From Azolla caroliniana (lineage: Eukaryota > Plantae > Polypodiophyta): a stretch of 13,832 nt of DNA. The notes beneath the pieces are model-generated. The model did not search any database. It worked only from the letters and a program-made list of their open reading frames with translations, and was not told the DNA's origin. The stretch is taken from contig JBHGNT010000924.1 of NCBI GenBank assembly GCA_043228905.1, forward strand, positions 1 through 13,832, given 5' to 3'. The position numbers were made by a program, and so were the translations under genes. Each line of letters starts with the position of its first letter. Position 1 is the first letter of the stretch. This document shows positions 8,544 through 13,832 of the stretch, piece after piece.

Positions 8544-10130
8544 ATGGACAGAGGTATGGGAAGCTCACTTCCGACAAAAAAGCTCGATAGGAGCAACTAT
8601 GCATCTTGGTCCTAAAAGATGCACTAGTACCTGCTCGGGCACGGATACTGGAGCTATGCTGAAGGAGCTAATGATGCAACACCAGATTTGACACACAAAG
8701 ATTTCTCGGCCTGGGAACAGGCAGCAAGAAGAGTTCTTTACTACTTTGCATCATGTGTGAGCAACCAACTATTGAGCTACATCCGGGACACCAAAACATC
8801 GAAGGATGCTTGGGGAAATATGAAGAAGATTTTCTCCGCAAGCACCAGAGCCAGAAAGCTACACCTCAAACAAGAGCTGAGCAACATCTGACAGAGAGAT
8901 ATGTGACTGATTACACCTCCAAGATCAAGGAGATCTGCGGCTCACTCGGATCTATCAACATGACGGTTGAAGAAGATGAGATGGTGCAGGTCTGCCTCAG
9001 AGGGTTGACGTCGAAGTTCGGAGCATTCTGAACAACGGTTTGCACGAGAGAGAATACCCCATCCTTCTTTGAGTTGCAGTCAATGCTTCTCGTTGAAGAG
9101 AACCACATAGGTGCATCGACAACCACACATGCCGATAACAGAGATGTTGTACACAGAGGTAGATCAACCTCGTGGTCATGGTAGATGAGGCGGGTCGGCA
9201 CACAATGGAGGCAACCGACAAGAACAGAACTAGAGGCATAATAGAAATGCTGATAGCAGTTCCAGACCTTCTACGAGGAGGGGGAGTCAAGGCAGCGCCG
9301 GAAGTCGGCAAGGAAAAGCTGCGATGAACTGTTGGTATTGTGGCCAAAAGGGTCATTGAGAGAGCGAGTGCTGGAAAAAGCGTGCCGATTTGGATCGAGC
9401 CTAGGTGACGCAGATAGGCCTCAAAGATCGCACTATGCTAAAGGCTCAAGGCGAGCCAAGACGGACCTTGCCTTCATTATGAAGCACAAAGTCAACTTGA
9501 TGGCGGTGAGCACCTCGAAGTCGAACGAGGTGTGGTACGTGGATTCTAGAGCATCGAACCATATGATGAATAACAAGGAGTGGTTCTCGATGCTGGAGAA
9601 GCCGGAACGGCCAGGGGTTGTCAAAACTGGTGATGACATCCCTCACTCCATTGAACATATTAGAGATGTTCCTCTTAGCCATGTCGGTTAGAGAGGAATC
9701 ATGAGAAATGTCTTGCATGTGCAGACAATCACCAAGAACTTGGTGTTTCTTGAACAAATTGTCGACCAAGGCATGCAAGTTCGATTTACTCACCTCAAGT
9801 GCTTCATAGAGGAAGAAGGCCGGATTATTGCGCAAGGGTGCCAAGAAGGGAGGATGTTTATCCCTGAGACGAATGATGTTGGCGCCGCTATGTTCGCCAA
9901 AGGGTAGAAGGTCAAATAGGATATTGACCTATGGCACAATCGATTTGGCCATGTCAACTTCCCACGGCTTCAAGAGATGTAGACAAAAAACATCGTTTTC
10001 TGCTTGCCGAAATTTAGTGGCCGAAAGGGCCAAGTCTGCAAAGCGTGTCAGTTAGGGAAGCAACACCGATTTCCATTCCAGAACGAGCGTAATCAGAGCC
10101 GTAACAAGCTTGATTTAATCCATTCGAATG
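8544..10130 (+). pseudogene. A2 gag-protease-integrase N-terminus (HHCC), with many stops and frameshifts
   Basis: MDRGMGSSLPTKKLDRSNYASWS*, WYVDSRASNHM, LWHNRFGHV...CKACQLGKQHRFPF...LDLIHSN. Confidence 0.9.
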
Positions 10131-10400
10131 TGTTGGGGAACAAGTTCCTCTGAATGGGATCCTGATAAGAACCAGACGAGCCGGATCGAACGAGACGAAA
10201 GAAGGAACCGGAAGATATCTGGATACTAGATCAGATGGATTTGGAAGGAATTTGGACGGATCCGGTATGAACCAGCAAATAGCAACATATTAGTAAATAT
10301 GTTCAGACGTGACCGTTGAGGTCATATTTGTAAATAGCCCTAAAGTTATATAAGTATAAATATAAGGGGCAACAATGTTCATTATGATGGTGATTATCAT
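10131..10400 (+). mobile_element. B: 5' portion of an LTR related to the solo LTR at 12782
   Basis: TGTTGGGGAACAAGTTCCTCTGAATGGGA versus TGTTAGGAAACATGTCCCCCCGGATGGGA; both share ATATTTGTAAATAGCC and CATATT-N4-AATATGT. Confidence 0.75.
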
Positions 10401-10782
10401 TGTCAAGGCCTTAGCTTGACAAAAGAAGATTGAACAAGAGAGGAAAAGAAAGAGAGAACAATGACTATATTTTATTATAATAAGAAAATATACAAGAGCA
10501 AGAACTAGAATATTTGCCAAAGACTTGGTGTTGAACCATAATGGTTTTAACAATACAATATGTCCTATTTATATAGGAGTAGTATGTGCTCCTTGGATGT
10601 TTGTAGGGTCATGGCACCCTTTGGATATTTATAGGGTTACATTATGAATATTATAATAAAGTAAATTATAATATCTTTATGTACAACATATATAACCTAA
10701 TGCTTAGTGTTGAGTGCTTCTCCTTAGGAGGTCATGGGTTCGAGTCACCCTAAACCTCATGGGGTTTCATCTACTCATGACA
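10401..10782 (-). mobile_element. G2: 3' LTR (382 bp) of a probable gypsy element
   Basis: TGTCA...TGACA termini, TATATAAATA on the minus strand near 10570, and an adjacent PPT. The flanks ATCAT and CCATC differ, so this is not a solo LTR. The superfamily is inferred because no protein domain remains. Confidence 0.75.
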
Positions 10783-10797
10783 CCATCTCCCTCCTTC
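10783..10797 (-). promoter_or_regulatory. Polypurine tract of G2
   Basis: GAAGGAGGGAGATGG immediately before TGTCATGAG on the minus strand. Confidence 0.75.
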
Positions 10798-10820
10798 GAT
10801 GACGAGTTCCACGAGTCGTA

Positions 10821-11278
10821 ATGCATGAATTGGGGTTCGGCTTATTTGGATATTGGCAATGAAATTCAGCTACAATATGTCACCGAGTAAGACCTCTAGG
10901 ACTACGGATACCTCAAGAACTATGGACTGGCAACAAGCTGAGGATTTTCGGGTGCAAAGCATACGCCCTCATACTGAAAGACGATCACCGCAAACTTGCA
11001 CCAAGGTCCAAGAAATGCATTTTCCTACGTTATGGACCAGATGGCGAATTTGGCTACCGACTTTGGGACCCCGAGCACAGACAGATCGTCACAATGCCTC
11101 GAACCACATCGACGTTCGATATCACTTTGTTCGGGACTACGTCATTTCAAGGAAAATCGGCCTCGAGAAGATATCTACAGTTGATAATGTTGCAGATGGG
11201 ATGACCAAGTGTCTTTTGGCGGATCGATTCCAATCCCTTCGGCACTAGATGGGTGTAACAAAAAATCAGTCCAAATAA
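10821..11278 (+). pseudogene. pol: Copia integrase C-terminus/SH3-like region fused to the RNase H tail
   Basis: IPQELWTGNKLRIFGCKAYA...KLAPRSKKCIFLRYG...GYRLWDPEHRQIV, then in another frame HNASNHIDVRYHFVRD...NVADGMTK. Confidence 0.87.
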
Positions 11279-11444
11279 GTCGAATACTCGAGATGTTTTC
11301 GAAAAATCGACTTCGACAGTTCTGTTTTTTGAAGTTCACCCACTTGAATGAAATTTCGATTTGCTCAAAAACTTTGTATCAATATGTATTGTACATTCAT
11401 TTAGATTTTACAGATTTTCAATGTATACGCCCATTACAGGGGAG

Positions 11445-11759
11445 TGTTGAATGCGGGTCTGTAATGGACATATTCACATTGTCTCCTTTTGTACACACTA
11501 GGTCTAGGATATTTATGTAAATAGTGAGAAGGGCAGTTGCCCTAAGTTAGTCAGTATATAAACTGACTTTGTAACCTAGTTTTGTTGGTTGATACAATTA
11601 AGTTTATCTTGTGCCCAACGTCTCTCTCTCCCTTGCGTTCTAAGTTGCTCATTGTTTTATGTCTCTTTTGACATCAATCTACCTTGATTGTATATGTTTA
11701 TTGATCTTCTATTAGAAGAGTGTTGATTTGTTCCACACTAGACGACCCTGTCTCCAACA
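11445..11759 (+). repeat. 3' LTR of C (315 bp)
   Basis: TGTTG...CAACA after the PPT, TATATAAA at 11555-11562; A3 gag resumes at 11760. Confidence 0.85.
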
Positions 11760-12069
11760 ACCGATGTGCTAAACCACCGAGGTAGATCTGGACCATCTCA
11801 TCTTCGTCCACCATCACGTTGATGGAATCAAGTGCGTCGTAGATCTCCTTGATCTTGGTGGTGTAATCGGTGACCGACATGTCCCATTGCCGGATAATGT
11901 TGAACTCTTGCCGGAGCTGCAATTCCGAGCCATGGTACTTGCAACAAAAATCTTTCGGAGATTTTCCCAGGCCTCCTTCGGTGATTTTGCATCTCTGATG
12001 TAGCCAAGCATCTAGTCATGCACACAAGACGCGAGGCAAACAAAACCTTGCTCGCTCCTTGCTCGCCAT
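11760..12069 (-). pseudogene. gag: A3 gag fragment with an N-terminal deletion and frameshifts
   Basis: LGYIRDAKSPKEAWENLRKIF and LRQEFNIIRQWDMSVTDYTTKIKEI...MVQIYLGGLAHR. Confidence 0.9.
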
Positions 12070-12169
12070 GCTTTTGTTCATTTCTTTTCTCTTCGGTCTG
12101 TCCTTTACCGGGTGTTACGGTTTGTCTGTGAACGTCACTCGTCAACAATAGAGGATTCTCAACCCTCAC

Positions 12170-12181
12170 GCTCTGATACCA
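12170..12181 (-). promoter_or_regulatory. PBS (tRNA-iMet) of A3
   Basis: GCTCTGATACCA on the plus strand. Confidence 0.93.
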
Positions 12182-12644
12182 TGTAAAGAATAACGAGCGG
12201 AAGCTTGTAGAAAAACCGGCTCAACCGGATTACAACAATAAAATAGAGAAATAATGTTTAATGGAAGCTTAAGAACAGAGAATACACAGGAGACACAGAG
12301 AGAGCAAAACAACAAAAAACTCAATTCAAAATAATAACACTTTGTACATACAATGTGCTCAGTGAGCACTTTTATACAAGTCCTTACATAGACTGACATA
12401 AGTACTGACATGTACTTCAATGCTCATACGAGTGACTGCCACTGACTCCCAATAATGCGCCTACGTACTAGGCTAGATTCGTAGGCCTCTAATGGCCTAC
12501 CAGTTCCAATCCGGCATGTCTCTCCGATCCGGCTCTTGGTTCCGGATACTGATCCGAACACCGATCTGGTTCTTCATTTTGGATGTTGATCCGGATATGG
12601 CTTGTTCAGCTGATCTGGATCCGGTTGAGCTTGTCCGCTCAACA
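12182..12644 (-). repeat. 5' LTR of A3 (463 bp)
   Basis: Homologous to the A1/A2 LTRs (ATGAGCATTGAAGTAC, CTTGTATAAAGTG), with an expanded CCGGATC-like repeat region. Confidence 0.9.
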
Positions 12645-12855
12645 TTATGATCTTTTTCGGGATTTTCTACATATCTTTCTTATCATCTATTAGATGATCT
12701 GTTGATTTACTCTAAAACACAAGAGGAGCATGATATATTTGTCTAGAAAGTACTTGAACGCTTAAGAAAGTATGGTCTATATGTTAGGAAACATGTCCCC
12801 CCGGATGGGAAGTGAGAAGAACAGTACTGATGAGCAAACTCGGCCGAGGCCGAAA

Positions 12856-13100
12856 CCAGATGTGATGTACCCGGCAAGCGCCGGATGACAAGTACCCGGC
12901 AACGGAAGACCCGGTGAGAACCGGATGACGAGTACCCGGCAATGGAAGACCTGGTGAGAATCGGATGACGAGTACCCGGCAAGAGCCGGATGGTGAAGAC
13001 CTGGTGAGAACCGGATGTGGAGTACCCGGCAACGGAAGACCCGGTGAGAACTGGATGACATGTGCCCCGCAAGCGCCAGATGATGCAGGTCCGGTGAGGA
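12856..13100 (+). repeat. Tandem array in the solo LTR: 25-bp partial unit, then units of 40, 40, 50, 40 and 50 bp
   Basis: Consensus CCGGATGACGAGTACCCGGCAACGGAAGACCCGGTGAGAA, with units starting at 12881, 12921, 12961, 13011 and 13051. Confidence 0.93.
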
Positions 13101-13280
13101 GTGCTCACCGGATGAAGGGACATATTCGCAAATATGTTTCTGAGAGTCCATCGAGGCGATATTTGTAAATAGCCGGAAAGTCATATTAACATAAATATGA
13201 CTTAGGGCAAACTTAATGTTATGTTGTTGTCATTCTTGTTGGCGCAAGACTAGTGAGCGCGTAACAGTGTATAGAGAGTG

Positions 13281-13300
13281 AGAGAGAGAGAGAGAGAGAG
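13281..13300 (+). repeat. (AG)10 microsatellite in the solo LTR
   Basis: Read directly from the sequence. Confidence 0.95.
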
Positions 13301-13722
13301 GTCGTTGCCTCTGTTGTAACCGCCGCCTGTGGCGAAGATCGTGAGCGCGAGGTCATTGCCTCCGTGAGCTCACTGTTGTAATCATTGTGATATAATGATA
13401 GTTTGGAGTCTGTGGACTCCCATGGTTTTTCCCTCTTAGGGTTTTCCACGTTAAACATCCTGTGTACTCTTCTCTCCTTTGTGTCGTGTGTATTCATTCC
13501 CGTTTTCTGTGTTTGATCTTAGACTCGGTTGTGGCCGAGCGGTGTTCATCGGAGCGGGCAGTTCCTGTCACTATATGCCAAACTTGAGAAGTGTAGTTTT
13601 GACAACGAACAAGTTGATTTCTTGGGTTTTATACTATTTCACCCAAGGGTATCTTCATGGATCCAACGAAAGTCAAAACAATATTGGAATGGCAACCCCC
13701 ACATTCTGTTCGAGATGTCCAA

Positions 13723-13832
13723 TGTCGACAAGATCGATCACTGACCAGGTTAGTCACCCGACAGACAAAAGAACGCGCTACGTGAAAACCGCGCCTCAGT
13801 GACCACACCCCTTCTCTGCCGGAGTATACGGT
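13723..13832. mobile_element. Possible terminus of a further insertion into G3 RT
   Basis: RT similarity stops after RDVQ(C), and the sequence continues TGTCGACA... with higher GC. The other end is outside the window. Confidence 0.45.

Larger units (their letters stand above)
8034..10130 (+). mobile_element. A2: older copia of the A family, 3'-truncated, inserted in G1 gag
   Basis: LTR, PBS, gag, PR and the start of integrase, all homologous to A1. The left flank TCCTT has no partner in the window. Confidence 0.92.
10821..11759 (+). mobile_element. C: 3' part of a different copia element, RT deleted
   Basis: Integrase C-terminus joined to the RNase H C-terminus, then 3' UTR, PPT AGGGGAG (11438-11444) and LTR. 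Confidence 0.85.
11760..12644 (-). mobile_element. A3: third A-family copia, 5' LTR + PBS + partial gag, interrupted by C
   Basis: Minus strand reads TGTTGAGCGGACAAGCTCAAC...CTTTACA TGGTATCAGAGC, followed by gag homologous to A1. Confidence 0.92.
12782..13570 (+). mobile_element. Solo LTR of family B (789 bp)
   Basis: TG...CA flanked by the perfect TSD CTATA (12777-12781, 13571-13575). Removing it restores GLYAKLEKC. It has no PBS or PPT. Confidence 0.93.
12645..13722 (+). pseudogene. pol: G3: gypsy RT fragment split by a solo LTR (12645-12781 and 13576-13722)
   Basis: DLFRDFLHIFLIIY(fs)DDLLIYSKTQEEH...LRKYGL|YAKLEKCSF...VDFLGF(fs)GIFMDPTKVKTILEWQPPHSVRDVQ. Confidence 0.87.

Noticed and set aside
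10690-10760. Functional tRNA gene
   Set aside because: There is no acceptor stem, the anticodon arm is truncated and the T stem is imperfect. It is kept only as a tRNA-like relic.
10131-11759. LTR B and LTR C as the two LTRs of one element
   Set aside because: They share little beyond TGTTG and short TGTAAATAG/GGGCA motifs, the flanks GAATG and ACCGA do not match, and B aligns much better to 12782-13570.
8034-12644. A2 and A3 LTRs as the inverted ends of one composite element
   Set aside because: Each has its own PBS and gag, they are clearly diverged, their flanks differ (TCCTT versus TTATG), and they sit in different host elements.
12856-13100. CRISPR-like array
   Set aside because: The units are contiguous near-copies without unique spacers, there are no cas genes, and the array lies inside a TSD-flanked LTR.
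12743-13184. Repetitive ORFs on both strands (126, 135, 82 and 67 aa)
   Set aside because: They are translations of the GC-rich tandem array, and the 40/50-bp units do not preserve frame.

Overview
This window is eukaryotic, most likely plant, heterochromatin-type DNA made almost entirely of nested LTR retrotransposons. A bryophyte origin is plausible but unverified. I see no host gene, RNA gene or CRISPR array. Left nest: a decayed minus-strand chromodomain-bearing Ty3/gypsy element (G1, 185-8033) carries a structurally complete Ty1/copia insertion (A1, 1185-4834, TSD AGTTC, 9 substitutions plus one 25-bp indel between its LTRs). A1 lacks the whole integrase and the catalytic part of RT, and it has an unexpected ~165-codon in-frame tail after RNase H. 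G1 is also interrupted by an older relative of A1 (A2, 8034-10130), then an LTR fragment (B, 10131-10400), then a gypsy-type 3' LTR with a tRNA-like segment (G2, 10401-10782). Right nest: a plus-strand gypsy RT fragment (G3) holds a third A-family copy (A3, minus strand, 11760-12644), an RT-deleted copia (C, 10821-11759) and a solo LTR with TSD CTATA and a 40/50-bp repeat array (12782-13570). All seven truncated elements are cut on the side facing about 10821, so one deletion or assembly join would explain them all. I cannot support a new biological system. The best leads are the post-RNase H tail between duplicated PPTs, the integrase-less copia, the Pol III-like boxes in an LTR, and position-conserved LTR hairpins. 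All alignments and counts were done by eye.
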